A stretch of DNA of 63,185 nt, counting the filler, from Licmophora abbreviata (Eukaryota), in NCBI GenBank assembly GCA_900291995.1. It is 20 parts of 20 records of this genome, joined end to end, with 100 filler letters (N's around TTAATTAATTAA, not from the genome) between each part and the next. Parts side by side here need not be neighbours in the genome. Positions count along the whole stretch, not along the records: positions 41,772 to 51,337 come from OLMU01003792.1; positions 51,438 to 53,721 come from OLMU01003793.1; positions 53,822 to 57,671 come from OLMU01003794.1; positions 57,772 to 59,548 come from OLMU01003795.1; positions 59,649 to 61,548 come from OLMU01003796.1; positions 61,649 to 63,185 come from OLMU01003804.1; 14 more parts are not named here. One strand, 5' to 3'. A program made the translations under genes and the position numbers. The notes beneath the pieces are model-generated. The model was given only the letters and a program-made list of their open reading frames with translations. It was not told where the DNA came from and did no database searches. Numbering within the stretch: the first letter of the stretch is position 1; every line of letters begins with the position of its first letter. This document shows, in pieces, positions 51,031-62,473 of the stretch.

Positions 51031-52114
51031 TCAATCGTAGCTGAGCTGCGTCGCCTTGCCTCGGAAGATCACATAGGCCAGCACCGTGTAGGCGAGGATC
51101 ACCGGGATCACGACCAGCGCGCCGTAGAAGATGATGCGCAGGCTTTCGGGGGCGGCGGCGGCGTCATAGAGAACCATCTGTTCGGGGACGATGTAGGGAT
51201 AGAAGCTGTAGGCCATCCCGGCAAAGCCAAGCGCCATCAGCCCGATCGCGCCGACGAAAGGCAGCCATGCGAAGCGGTCATTGGTCGAGGGCAGGTTGCG
51301 CAGCGAGACCCAGAGCATCACGATCAGTGCCAGAGAANNNNNNNNNNNNNNNNNNNNNNNNNNNNNNNNNNNNNNNNNNNNTTAATTAATTAANNNNNNN
51401 NNNNNNNNNNNNNNNNNNNNNNNNNNNNNNNNNNNNNAGCAGCACGATTTCGGGGGAGCCGAACCATTTGTCCATGATCCGGTCCGAGGTGAGCGGTGTG
51501 GCCAGAGAGACCGACCCCATACCAAGAACCACCCCCCAGATCCCGCCGCGCGCCCAACGGACCGCCTTGGTCTGGAGCGCGCCGTCGGTCTTGAGGATGG
51601 TCCAGGCCGCCCCGATGAAGCTGTAGGCGACCGTGAGGGCGCCTGCTGTCAGAAGGGCGAAGGCCACGCTGGCCCATGTCCAGCGCAGACCGAGGATGTA
51701 GATGCCGAGCATGAAGCCTTGCGACAGGGCGGTCATCAGGCTTCCGGCGAAAAAGGCGCGATCCCACCAAGGTTTCTGGGTGCGGGGCGCCTTGGCGCGG
51801 AACTCGAACGCGACGCCACGCAGGATCAGGCCGATCAGCATGACGGTCACGGGCAGGTAAAGCGCCGTGAGGATCGTCCCATGGGCGGCGGGAAAGGCCA
51901 CCAGCAAAAGCCCGATTGCCAGCACGAGCCATGTTTCATTCGCGTCCCAGAACGGACCGATCGAGGCGATCATGCGGTCGCGTTCGTCGGGGGTGGCGAA
52001 GGGCATCAACAGCCCCACGCCCAGATCGAACCCGTCCAAGATCACATAGAGCAGGATCGACAGGCCCATCAGGGTCACGAAGATCAGCGGCAGGGTGGTT
52101 GCGTCGAGGACCAT
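51031..52114 (-). CDS. cydB: Cytochrome bd ubiquinol oxidase subunit II (split by gap 51338-51437)
   Basis: LDGFDLGVG, PFWDANETWLV, LRGVAFEFR and C-terminal Y..FRGK. Confidence 0.93.
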
Positions 52115-52118
52115 TTCT

Positions 52119-53501
52119 TTACTCCGCAGGCATCGCGGCCTGAGCTTCGGACGGGCGGCGGGGTTCTTCGCGCACCGGCGTATCTCCGCGCGCGGCCCGG
52201 CGGGCGAGGTGCAAGAGAACCCCGATATAGGCCAGCAGCAGGACGGCGTAGACGACCAGATAGGTGATCAGCGATCCAAGAACCATCGGTGCCGAGACAT
52301 CGCCCACGGCGGCTTCGGTGCTGAGCACGCCCTGAACCAGCCACGGCTGACGGCCGATTTCGGTGGTATACCAGCCCGCAAGGGTGGCGACCCAGCCCGA
52401 GAAGGTCATCGCGACGCCGGCGTAGAGGAAGGGTTTCGGCAGATTATGCGCGCCACGGCGGCGCAGCAGCACCAGACCCGCCCAGCTGAGCGCCAGCATC
52501 GCCATGCCGGTGGCGACCATCACCCGGAAAGACCAGAACACAGGCGCCACGGGCGGGTGCAGCACGGTGCCATCCTCGGCCACGAAATCGTTCAGGCCCG
52601 GAATCACCCCGTCGGCGGAATGCGTGAGAATCAGGCTGGCGCCGTTGGGAATGGCGATCTCGAACCGGTTTTCGCGGGCAACCTCGTCGGGCAGCGCAAA
52701 GAGGACAAGCGGGACGTTCGGCCCGGTTTCCCAGTTGCCTTCCATCGCGGCGACCTTTTGGGGCTGGTGTTCCAGCGTGTTGAGGCCATGCAGATCGCCC
52801 ATCAGGATCTGCAGCGGGATCAGCACGGCGCCAAGCACCAGACCGAACCGAAGCTGTGTTGCCGATGTCTCGCTCCGGTCGCCCAAAAGGCGGCGGAAGG
52901 CCACGATCCCGACGATGAGGAATGCCACGGTCAGGCCCGAGGCCAGCAGCATATGGGCGAGGCGATAGGGCATCGAGGGGTTGAAGATGATCGCCATCCA
53001 GTCGGTCGCATGAACGATCCCGTCACGCAGTTCGAACCCTGCGGGCGTGTGCATCCAGCTGTTGAGCACGAGAATCCAGAACGCGCTCATGGTGGTGCCG
53101 AATGCGACGAGGAATGTGGCGGTGATATGCAGCCAGCCCGGAACACGGGAGGCGCCGAAGAGCATGATCCCGAGGAACACCGCTTCGAGGAAGAAGGCGG
53201 TCAGCACCTCATAGGCCAGAAGCGGCCCGGCGACATTGCCCACGGTTTCCATGAAGCCCGGCCAGTTTGTGCCGAACTGGAACGACATGGTGATGCCCGA
53301 CACGACGCCAAGTGCGAAGGACAGGGCGAAGACCTTGACCCAGAACATGTAGGCGTCCCACCATTTGCGTTCGCCCGTGCGGGCGAAGCGATAGCGGAAG
53401 AACAAGAGCACCCAGCCGAGCGCGATGGTGATCGTCGGAAACAGGATGTGAAACGAGATGTTCGCCGCAAATTGAACGCGCGACAGAAGCAGGGCTTCCA
53501 T
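52119..53501 (-). CDS. cydA: Cytochrome bd ubiquinol oxidase subunit I (short Q-loop, CioA-like)
   Basis: SRVQF...FHILFP, FQFGTNW, EAVFLG, QPQKVAAMEG and EIGRQPW; 460 aa. Confidence 0.94.
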   Translation of the reverse strand: MEALLLSRVQFAANISFHILFPTITIALGWVLLFFRYRFARTGERKWWDAYMFWVKVFALSFALGVVSGITMSFQFGTNWPGFMETVGNVAGPLLAYEVLTAFFLEAVFLGIMLFGASRVPGWLHITATFLVAFGTTMSAFWILVLNSWMHTPAGFELRDGIVHATDWMAIIFNPSMPYRLAHMLLASGLTVAFLIVGIVAFRRLLGDRSETSATQLRFGLVLGAVLIPLQILMGDLHGLNTLEHQPQKVAAMEGNWETGPNVPLVLFALPDEVARENRFEIAIPNGASLILTHSADGVIPGLNDFVAEDGTVLHPPVAPVFWSFRVMVATGMAMLALSWAGLVLLRRRGAHNLPKPFLYAGVAMTFSGWVATLAGWYTTEIGRQPWLVQGVLSTEAAVGDVSAPMVLGSLITYLVVYAVLLLAYIGVLLHLARRAARGDTPVREEPRRPSEAQAAMPAE

Positions 53502-53629
53502 GGGGCTCTCCAGGTAAAGGTTACTCTTGGACCTTCATTTAGCGGGTGAGCCATCCGCGGTAAGGGGGTGCGCTCAGCCGCCGCACTGGGGATATGGCGG
53601 CGGAAGCGGCGTCAGGTGCAGGGCTGGCG

Positions 53630-54187
53630 TCAGCCGCCAGACGCACCGTCGATGAGCGCCCGAAGGATCGCCTTGGCGCTGTCGGAGTTCCAGTGGGCAT
53701 CGCCCTGCAGGCGGGCGATTTNNNNNNNNNNNNNNNNNNNNNNNNNNNNNNNNNNNNNNNNNNNNTTAATTAATTAANNNNNNNNNNNNNNNNNNNNNNN
53801 NNNNNNNNNNNNNNNNNNNNNCTTCTTCATGGCGGGGGGCGCGTTGCGGCCTGTGGCCAGCGTGACCACCTCGAACGCGTCGCCGCCAAGCTCGGTCTGC
53901 AGCTCGGAGAGCATGGGCATTTCCTTGCGGCAGGGCGCGCACCATGTGGCCCAGAAGTTCAGCACGATATGCTTGCCCTGGTAGTCGGCCAGCGTGCCCG
54001 TGGTGCCGTCATCGCGGGTGAAGGGGATTTGCGAGACGGGCTGCGGTTCGGAATGGAAGTTGAGTTTCTTCATGTCGCCATCGCGCAGGGCGGCGACTTC
54101 GGACAGATCGGCGGTCATATCGGCCATTGCGCCGTTTGCACCGAGTGCGAGCGCCATATAAAGGATGCAGCAACGAATTATCTTCAT
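53630..54187 (-). CDS. TlpA-family thiol:disulfide oxidoreductase (split by gap 53722-53821)
   Basis: LNFWATWCAPCRKEMP; C-terminus IARLQGDAHWNS on the other side of the gap. Divergent from argH. Confidence 0.9.
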
Positions 54188-54209
54188 TTTCCCTCCGAAG
54201 GGCTGAGAC

Positions 54210-55601
54210 ATGACAGACACGACCTCGAACCAGATGTGGGGCGGCCGCTTTGCCGCCGGGCCGGACGCGATCATGGAGGCGATCAATGCCTCGATCGGGT
54301 TCGACAAGCGGTTGGCGGCCCAGGATATTGCCGGCTCGCGCGCCCATGCCGCGATGCTGGCGGCGACGGGTATCATTAGTGATAGTGATGCCGAGGCGAT
54401 GAGGGAAGGGCTGCTCACGGTCTTGTCAGAGATCGAGGAGGGGCGGTTCGAATTTTCCACCGCGCTGGAGGACATCCACATGAACGTGGAGGCGCGGCTC
54501 AGGCAGGTGGTGGGCGAGCCTGCGGGGCGGCTGCATACGGGGCGGTCGCGCAACGATCAGGTGGCGACGGATTTCAAGCTGTGGGTGCGCGATCAGCTGG
54601 ATGCGGCGGAAGCCGGGTTGCTGTCGCTGATCCGGGCGCTTTTGGCGCAGGCCGAGGCGGGGGCGGATTGGGTGATGCCGGGCTTCACCCATCTGCAGAC
54701 CGCGCAGCCGGTGACATGGGGGCATCACATGATGGCCTATGTCGAGATGTTCGGCCGCGACCTGGGCCGGGTGCGGGATGCGCGCAAAAGGATGAACGAA
54801 TGCCCGCTGGGGGCGGCGGCGCTGGCGGGGACGTCGTTTCCCATTGATCGCGAGATGACCGCGAAGGCGCTGGGCTTTGACCGGCCTGCGGCGAATTCAC
54901 TGGATGCGGTGAGCGACCGGGATTTTGCGCTGGAGTTTCTGGGGGCGGCCAGCATCTGTGCGATGCATCTGAGCCGTTTCGCCGAGGAGCTGGTGATCTG
55001 GTCGTCGGCGCAGTTCAGGTTTGTGGCGCTGAGTGACCGGTTTTCGACCGGGTCGAGCATCATGCCGCAGAAGAAGAACCCTGACGCCGCCGAGCTGATC
55101 CGCGCCAAGGTGGGGCGCATTTTCGGGGCGAACGTGGCGTTGATGATGGTGATGAAGGGGCTGCCGCTGGCCTATTCCAAAGACATGCAGGAAGACAAGG
55201 AACAGGTCTTTGACGCGGCGGACAACCTGATGTTGGCGCTGGCGGCGATGGACGGGATGGTGCGCGACATGGTCCCGCAGCGCGCAGCGCTGGAGGCGGC
55301 GGCGGGTGCGGGGTTCAGCACGGCGACCGATCTGGCGGATTGGCTGGTGCGGGTGCTGGGTATGCCCTTCCGCGAGGCGCATCACGTGACGGGCAGTCTG
55401 GTGGCGATGGCCGAGCGCAAGGGCTGCGACCTGCCGGAGTTGAGCCTTGAGGAGATGCAATCGGTGCATGGAGAAATCGATGCATCGGTCTATGATGTTC
55501 TGGGCGTGCATAATTCGGTGGCGTCGCGGATGAGCTATGGCGGAACCGCCCCCGAGCAGGTGCGCGCGCAGATCGCACGCTGGAAGGAGATTTTGGAATG
55601 A
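54210..55601 (+). CDS. argH: Argininosuccinate lyase
   Basis: [22 protein letters not shown] and [12 protein letters not shown]. Confidence 0.97.
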   Translation: MTDTTSNQMWGGRFAAGPDAIMEAINASIGFDKRLAAQDIAGSRAHAAMLAATGIISDSDAEAMREGLLTVLSEIEEGRFEFSTALEDIHMNVEARLRQVVGEPAGRLHTGRSRNDQVATDFKLWVRDQLDAAEAGLLSLIRALLAQAEAGADWVMPGFTHLQTAQPVTWGHHMMAYVEMFGRDLGRVRDARKRMNECPLGAAALAGTSFPIDREMTAKALGFDRPAANSLDAVSDRDFALEFLGAASICAMHLSRFAEELVIWSSAQFRFVALSDRFSTGSSIMPQKKNPDAAELIRAKVGRIFGANVALMMVMKGLPLAYSKDMQEDKEQVFDAADNLMLALAAMDGMVRDMVPQRAALEAAAGAGFSTATDLADWLVRVLGMPFREAHHVTGSLVAMAERKGCDLPELSLEEMQSVHGEIDASVYDVLGVHNSVASRMSYGGTAPEQVRAQIARWKEILE

Positions 55602-55786
55602 CACGCATCGGTGCAGTTCTGGCGCTGACCGCGATGGCGGCCCTTGCGGGCTGTGGCGCGGATGGAGAGCCGATCCGCCCCACGGCAAAGGCCAATGTGG
55701 GTGCCGGTGAGCGCGGCGTGAACGGCGCGGTCGGGAGCAAATGGATCAGCGGGACGGTCAGTGTGGATGTGGGAGCCACGTTTTGA
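55598..55786 (+). CDS. Small lipoprotein
   Basis: Lipobox LAGC followed by GADGEP. Translationally coupled to argH. Confidence 0.75.
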   Translation: MTRIGAVLALTAMAALAGCGADGEPIRPTAKANVGAGERGVNGAVGSKWISGTVSVDVGATF

Positions 55787-56088
55787 GGTGGGTCTGGCTG
55801 GCGCTGGCAGTCTGGGGTGCGGTGCATCCGATGAGCTGGTTTGTTGCGTGGTTTAGGGAAAACGGTGTCGATCTGATGGGGATGGTGGATGCTTGGCACG
55901 CCAATGCCGCCACCAGTGGCCTGGTCTGGGATCTGACGATCGCGGCGGTCACGCTGACGGTCTGGGTGATCTGGGAATGTGTGACCCGGCGCGCGTGGCT
56001 CGGGCTGATCGCCATTCCGGCGACCTTCGGGATCGGGGTCAGCTGTGGGTTGCCGCTTTATCTGTTCCTGCGGTCGCTGCGCCGGTGA
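55783..56088 (+). CDS. DUF2834-like membrane protein (TTG start)
   Basis: Three TM helices, GLVWDL and IGVSCGLPLYL. RBS GGGAG at 55771. Confidence 0.75.
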   Translation: MRWVWLALAVWGAVHPMSWFVAWFRENGVDLMGMVDAWHANAATSGLVWDLTIAAVTLTVWVIWECVTRRAWLGLIAIPATFGIGVSCGLPLYLFLRSLRR

Positions 56089-56198
56089 CCGCCTGTGTCT
56101 TGGGGTGTTTCGTGAAATGAAGCGATGCATGGCGCCTTGCGATTGCAACCGCCGGGCATGGTGGTAAGAGGCGGCAGGACCGATAAAGGGCGCGCGAC

Positions 56199-57464
56199 AT
56201 GGATCATTTTCTCTATCGCAATGGCGAGCTTTACGCCGAGGATGTGCCCGTGGCCGAGATCGCGGCCCAGGTGGGCACGCCGTTCTATTGCTATTCGACG
56301 GCCACGCTCGCGCGGCATTTCCGGCTGTTCGACGAGGCGTTGGCGGGCACCGAGCATCTGATCTGCTATGCGATGAAAGCCGCGAGCAATCTGGCGATCC
56401 TGAAGACGCTGGCGGAGTTGGGTGCCGGCATGGACGTGGTTTCGGGGGGCGAATATGCGCGCGCCAAGGCCGCAGGCGTGCCGGGCGAGCGGATCGTCTT
56501 TTCGGGCGTCGGCAAGACGCGTGATGAGATGCGGATGGCGCTTGAGGGGGGCATTCGGCAGTTCAATGTCGAATCCGAGCCCGAGATGGTGGCGCTCAAC
56601 GAGGTGGCGTTGTCATTGGGTCTGCGCGCGCCGATCACCGTGCGCGTCAACCCGGATGTGGATGCCAAGACGCACGCCAAGATCGCCACCGGCAAGAGCG
56701 AGAACAAGTTCGGCATTCCGATCGCCCGCGCCCGAGAAGTCTATGCCGAGGCGGCGGCGATGCCCGGTCTCGAGGTGGTCGGGATTGATGTGCATATCGG
56801 CAGCCAGCTGACCGAGCTGGAGCCGTTCCGGCTGGCCTATGAAAAGGTGGCGGATCTGACAGAGGCGCTGCGCGCGGATGGGCATGATATCCGGCGGCTG
56901 GATCTGGGCGGCGGTCTGGGCATTCCTTACACCCGGTCGAACGAAGCGCCGCCGCTGCCGGTGGAATATGGCCAGCTCATCAAGGAGACGGTGGGTCATC
57001 TGGGTTGCGAGATCGAGATCGAGCCGGGCCGTCTGGTGGTGGGCAATGCGGGGATCCTCGTGAGCGAGGTGATTTACCTCAAGGCCGGGGAGGGGCGCGA
57101 TTTCCTGATCCTCGACGCGGCGATGAACGATCTGATCCGGCCCGCGATGTACGACGCCTATCACGACATCATTTCCGTCCGCGAGCCGCAGCCCGGTGCC
57201 GAGCAGGCGGCCTATGACATCGTCGGGCCGGTGTGCGAATCGGGCGATACCTTTGCCAAGGCGCGGATGATGCCGGCGCTGGCGCAGGGGGATCTGGTGG
57301 CGTTTCGCAGTGCGGGTGCCTATGGCGCGGTGATGGCCAGCGAGTATAATACGCGGCCTTTGGTGCCCGAAGTTCTGGTGCATGAGCATCAATTCGCTGT
57401 CATCAGGGCAAGGCCGACCTTTGACGAGATCATAAATCGAGATACCATCCCCGAGTGGCTGTGA
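56199..57464 (+). CDS. lysA: Diaminopimelate decarboxylase
   Basis: YAMKA, DVVSGGE, HIGSQ, EPGR and GPVCESGD. Confidence 0.97.
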   Translation: MDHFLYRNGELYAEDVPVAEIAAQVGTPFYCYSTATLARHFRLFDEALAGTEHLICYAMKAASNLAILKTLAELGAGMDVVSGGEYARAKAAGVPGERIVFSGVGKTRDEMRMALEGGIRQFNVESEPEMVALNEVALSLGLRAPITVRVNPDVDAKTHAKIATGKSENKFGIPIARAREVYAEAAAMPGLEVVGIDVHIGSQLTELEPFRLAYEKVADLTEALRADGHDIRRLDLGGGLGIPYTRSNEAPPLPVEYGQLIKETVGHLGCEIEIEPGRLVVGNAGILVSEVIYLKAGEGRDFLILDAAMNDLIRPAMYDAYHDIISVREPQPGAEQAAYDIVGPVCESGDTFAKARMMPALAQGDLVAFRSAGAYGAVMASEYNTRPLVPEVLVHEHQFAVIRARPTFDEIINRDTIPEWL

Positions 57465-57501
57465 CGCGATGGGCGTGTCCGGCCCCTGAAGGGAACGGAG
57501 C

Positions 57502-59782
57502 ATGCAGCGGCAAACCACCCCCCTGACACCTGTGTTGACCCGGTTGCGCCGGCCCCTGACCCTGACATGGGCGGGGTTGATCGCGGAGCGGCTGGTCAGG
57601 GCCTTCTGGCCCTTGTGGTCGCTGGTGGCGGCGGTGTCGGCGATGCTGCTGCTGGGGCTGCATGACCTGATNNNNNNNNNNNNNNNNNNNNNNNNNNNNN
57701 NNNNNNNNNNNNNNNTTAATTAATTAANNNNNNNNNNNNNNNNNNNNNNNNNNNNNNNNNNNNNNNNNNNNGGCGGCGGTGTCGGCGATGCTGCTGCTGG
57801 GGCTGCATGACCTGATGGCGCTGGAAGTGGTCTGGGGGATCATGGTCGCCGCCTTGCTGGCGTTCGTGATCTTCGCGGTCCGGGGGCTGAGGGCGTTTCG
57901 CTGGCCAAGCCGCGAGGATGCGTTGGCGCGGATCGATGCGAGCATGCCGGGTCATCCTCTGGCGGCGCTGGCGGATGCGCAGGCGGTGGGCAGCGGTGAT
58001 GCGGGATCCGAAGCGCTGTGGCGCGCGCATCAGGCGCGCATGGCCGAACGGGCCGCCGAGGCACGCGCGGTCGAGCCGGATCTGAGGCTGTCGGAGCGCG
58101 ATCCTTTCGGGTTGCGCTATATCGCCTTGCTGGGGCTGGTGGTGGCGCTGCTGTTCGGGTCGGTCTGGCGCGTGGGCAGCGTTGCGGGCATGGGGCCGGG
58201 CGGAGGTGCTGCACTGGCCAATGGACCGGCTTGGGAAGGCTGGATCGAGCCACCGGCCCATACCGGGCTGCCGAGCCTGTATCTCAATGACCAGACCGGA
58301 GAGATCGAAGTGCCCGAGGGGAGCCGCGTGACCGTGCGGCTCTATGGCGAGGTGGGCGCGTTGAGCGTGGCCGAGACCGTGTCGGGGCGGACAGAGGATG
58401 TGGGCGCGGCGACGGACCCCGAGCAGGGGTTCGACATCACGCAGGATGGCACGCTGATGATCGACGGTCCTGGCGGCAAAAGCTGGACCGTCACGGCGCT
58501 GCCGGATCAGGGGCCGAGCGTGAAGATCATGCAGACCGGCGCCGAGACCACCTTCGACGGGCAGATGAGCCAGCCGTTCCGCGCGAAGGACGATTACGGC
58601 GTGGTCGAGGGACGGGCCGTGTTCCGGCTGGACATGGCCGAGCTTGATCGCCGCCACGGGTTGCAGGCCGATCCCGATCCGCGCGATCCGATCGAGCTGG
58701 ACCTGCCGATGCCGATTACTGGTGACAGGATCGATTTCACCGAGACGCTGATCGAGAACCTGTCGCAGCACCCTTGGGCGCATCTGCCGGTGACGCTCGA
58801 GCTTGAGGTGCGCGATGCCGATGGTCAGGCGGGGCTGAGCGCGCCCGAGCAGATGCGGCTTCCGGCGCGGCGGTTTTTCGATCCGATGGCGGCTGCGGTG
58901 ATCGAGCAGCGCCGGGATCTGCTCTGGTCGATGGAGAATGGCAAGCGGGTGACACAGGTGCTGCGGGCCGTGTCGCACCGGCCCGAGGATGGGCTGTTCC
59001 GGTCGGAAACCGCCTATCTCAAGCTGCGGGTGATCCTGCGGCGGCTGGAGACGCTGGTGCGGCATGACAGTCTGGATACGGAGGCGCAGGACGAGATTGC
59101 GCAGGCGCTGTGGGATCTGGCAATCCTGTTGGAAGAGGGTGATATCGGCGACGCGCTGGAGCGGATGCGCGCGGCACAGGAACGGCTGAGCGAGGCGATG
59201 CGCAACGGCGCCACCGAGGAAGAGATCGCGCGGCTGATGCAGGAATTGCGCGAGGCGACGAATGATTACCTGCGCCAGAAGATGCAGCAGGCGCAGCGCG
59301 AGAACCAGCAGCAGAACGGCGACAACCCTCCGATGTCGGACGATGCGATGCAGATGACCCAACAGGATCTGCAGGACATGATGGACCGTATCCAGGAATT
59401 GATGGAACAGGGGCGCATGGCCGAGGCGCAGGAAGCGCTGGAGCAGTTCCAGCAGATGATGGAGAACATGCAGGTCACCCAAGGTCAGGGCGGCCAGCAG
59501 GGCCAGCAGGCGATGGAAGGTCTGGCCGAGACGCTGCGCAATCAGCAGNNNNNNNNNNNNNNNNNNNNNNNNNNNNNNNNNNNNNNNNNNNNTTAATTAA
59601 TTAANNNNNNNNNNNNNNNNNNNNNNNNNNNNNNNNNNNNNNNNNNNNATTCGCTTCTGCAGGGTGAGGACGTGTATCGCCGCGCGCGCGAATTGCTTGA
59701 TGAAATCCGCCGCCGATCCGGCGAGGGCGAACGCCCGGATGTCGAGCTTGATTACCTCAAGCGGCTGCTTGACCGTTTCTGA
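57502..59782 (+). CDS. TIGR02302/DUF4175 membrane protein (split by two gaps)
   Basis: RDPFGLR, WIEPPAHTGLP, Gln/Met-rich coiled coil and C-terminal ELDYLKRLLDRF. Lies downstream of lysA. Confidence 0.88.
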
Positions 59783-59836
59783 CACGCAAGGCCGGTGCTG
59801 TGCGCGACCCCAGCCGGGGCAGCGATGTGCCGGCCG

Positions 59837-60676
59837 CTATCCCAGAAGCGATGCGACGGTTGACTGGAGCAGGGCGCGCAGGCCGTTGACCATTTCGACA
59901 TAGGCGGCCATCGGCCCTTCGAGTGCGGAAGACAGGCCCGCCACCTGTGGCGCGAAGACATAGAGCAGCGTCAGAATGGCGAAAAGCACGATCGACCAGA
60001 CAAAACCACGCCGGAAACCACCGCCCGCCGAGGGTGCGGCCATGGCATCGTCGTCGCGGCTGGCGGAGACGTCCCGCTGTGGGGCTGCGTCGAGCGAGGA
60101 ATTGATTTCTTCGATATCGGGCAGAAGATTGCGGCGCGACTCGGGGTCGATGTCCTGATTTGTCGCGGGTTCGTCGGTGTCGACCGGAAGGCCGCGCAGG
60201 CGCGCGATGCGCGCGCGGGCGTTCTGGGCGAGGGCGTCGGGTGCTTCGTCCAGACCGAGGTCGGGCTGGGTTTCAAGGCCGGAGCCGGCTTCGGCGGCGC
60301 GGGCCTGTTCCTCGCGGGCGGCTTCCTCGCGCAGAAGATCGCGGATCGAGGGATCAAGCTCGCGGCGCGGGTGGGCGGTGTCGTCTTCTGGCGCGTCCTC
60401 GTCAGGATCGTCGTATTGATCCTCAGAGGTTGGGTCGGGCTGAGGATCAGGCTGGGGCTCAGGCTCGACGTCATAGTCGGCATAGCCGTCGTCGTCATCG
60501 GCAGACTGCGGCTCGGCCCCTGTTTCGGCCTGCGCGTCATCCTGCGGCATATGGTTGGGATGGAATTGAAACCAGGTGTCGCCGCAGTTCGAGCACTGGA
60601 CGTCACGGCCCGTTTCCGGGATCACCTCGTCGGGGACTTCGTATTGTGCCCCGCAATTCGGGCAAGTCAGCCTCAT
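59837..60676 (-). CDS. MJ0042-type zinc-ribbon protein with acidic linker and C-terminal TM helix
   Basis: CPNC...VQCSNC..W, an Asp/Pro-rich linker and one TM segment. Confidence 0.85.
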   Translation of the reverse strand: MRLTCPNCGAQYEVPDEVIPETGRDVQCSNCGDTWFQFHPNHMPQDDAQAETGAEPQSADDDDGYADYDVEPEPQPDPQPDPTSEDQYDDPDEDAPEDDTAHPRRELDPSIRDLLREEAAREEQARAAEAGSGLETQPDLGLDEAPDALAQNARARIARLRGLPVDTDEPATNQDIDPESRRNLLPDIEEINSSLDAAPQRDVSASRDDDAMAAPSAGGGFRRGFVWSIVLFAILTLLYVFAPQVAGLSSALEGPMAAYVEMVNGLRALLQSTVASLLG

Positions 60677-60838
60677 GTCGACACCTGTCGCCTGCCAGAA
60701 GTTTCAAGCCTGTTTGCTTTTCCAAAAGCATAAGCGGTAAATGGCGCGTACGAAAGACCTAAGCATTTCGTGCGCGTAAACATTGCACAAGTGTGGCCTG
60801 TAAGGCATTTAGAAGCGCGCGGCACAGAGGGGGCTTCC

Positions 60839-61516
60839 TTGATCGAGCTGGAGAACGTGGCCTATAGCTATGGCGGCGGCGAATTGCTGAGTGATATCTC
60901 GCTTGAGCTGCAACCGGGATCGTTCCATTTCCTGACCGGACCCTCCGGCGCGGGCAAGACGACGTTTCTCAAGCTGTGCTATGGTGCCCTGACGCCCACA
61001 TCCGGCACAGTGCGCCTGTTCGGGGCGGACCGGCGCGGGATGGAGCGCGACGATATCGCAATGGCGCGGCGGCGCATCGGCGTGGTGCATCAGGATTGCC
61101 AGTTTCTGGATCATATGAGCGTGGCCGAGAATATCGCGCTGCCGCTGATGGTGTCGGGTCGGGATCTTTTGGGAGAGGCGGCCAATCTCAAGGAGTTGAC
61201 CGGCTGGGTCGGTCTGAAGGAGAGGGCCAATGCGCTGCCGCCGGAATTGTCGGGCGGTGAGCGGCAGCGCGCGGCGCTAGCGCGGGCGGTCATCATGTCG
61301 CCCGATGTGGTGCTGGCCGATGAGCCGACGGGGAATGTCGATTGGGAGATGTCGCAGCGGCTGTTGCGGTTGCTGATCGAGCTGAACCGGATGGGCAAGA
61401 CGATCATGATCGCGACCCATGATCTGGCGCTGATCCGCGCGGCCAAGGCGCATGTGCAGGCGCGGGTGCTGAGGATCGCCAACCGGCGGCTGCAACTGGC
61501 GGGGGCGGATCTGTGA
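60839..61516 (+). CDS. ftsE: Cell division ATP-binding protein FtsE (TTG start)
   Basis: GPSGAGKT, RRRIGVVHQD, LSGGERQR, ADEPTGNVD and ATHD, in the conserved gene context. Confidence 0.88.
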   Translation: MIELENVAYSYGGGELLSDISLELQPGSFHFLTGPSGAGKTTFLKLCYGALTPTSGTVRLFGADRRGMERDDIAMARRRIGVVHQDCQFLDHMSVAENIALPLMVSGRDLLGEAANLKELTGWVGLKERANALPPELSGGERQRAALARAVIMSPDVVLADEPTGNVDWEMSQRLLRLLIELNRMGKTIMIATHDLALIRAAKAHVQARVLRIANRRLQLAGADL

Positions 61517-61548
61517 AGCTTGATCCTGGACGTTTGACGGAGATGCTG
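61513..61548 (+). CDS. Probable ftsX start (rest in gap)
   Basis: GTG overlapping the ftsE stop codon; inferred from context only. Confidence 0.4.
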
Positions 61549-61648
61549 NNNNNNNNNNNNNNNNNNNNNNNNNNNNNNNNNNNNNNNNNNNNTTAATTAA
61601 TTAANNNNNNNNNNNNNNNNNNNNNNNNNNNNNNNNNNNNNNNNNNNN

Positions 61649-62473
61649 CGACATCTCCTTGAGGCGGGCGTCGCCGGAAGCCCCTTCGAGGGTTTCGATT
61701 TCGGCGAAGACATCGGCCCATGCGTCGGACCAGCCATTGAGGCGCAAGGTGCCCCGCACGAAATCCTTGATCCGCCAGTCGGGATCGAAGCGGTAATCAG
61801 CGATGAAGGGCAGGGAATCGCGGTTGGGATAGACCTCGAATGTTTCGGGCTGCGGCAAGGGGGCGGTATAGCTGCTGATCGCGTCCCAGGGGCGCGCGAC
61901 GTTCAGCTCGGCGTAGGTGCGGATCGACCGGGACGGCGAGCGCAGCGCCTTGAGCACGCCAAGCGGCGACCAGCTGAACTTGTAGCGGAAGGGGTTGGGG
62001 TGTTTGGGGATGCCGCCGCAATAGGAGATGAAGCTGAGATCATTGCCCGCGTCGAACGCCGGAGAGGCGGTGTAGTCGGCCACGAGGTGATGCGCCATCA
62101 GGTGGTCGATGCCGGGATCGAGGCCGATTTCGTTGACGCAGGCCACACCGGCGGCGCGGGCGTCTTCGTCAAGGGCGCGCATTTCGGGGGCGATATAGGA
62201 CGAGCTGACGAAATGCGCCTGATGTGCGATGCAGAGTTCGGCGAGCGGCACATGCCAGTCGCCGGGCAGCATCGAGACCACCAGATCGCCCTTGCGCAGC
62301 ATCCCGGCGAGCCGGTCGATGTCGAAGGCGTGAATGTCGTCGGTCAGGTCGCCGACGGCGGCACGGGCCTTGTCGGTCGTGCGGTTCCAGACGGTGATGT
62401 CATGGCCCGCCTCGATCAGGCGGCGCAGGCCGGGGATGGCCGACAGGCCGGTTCCGCACCAGTGAATTGTCAT
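61649..62473 (-). CDS. Saccharopine dehydrogenase, glutamate-forming/LYS9-like (3' end in gap)
   Basis: NEIGLDPGIDHL, SYCGG, YKFSWSP, YPNRDS and RGTLR. Confidence 0.9.

Noticed and set aside
8230..61548. Many split or truncated genes as pseudogenes
   Set aside because: All breaks except dacB coincide with assembly gaps.
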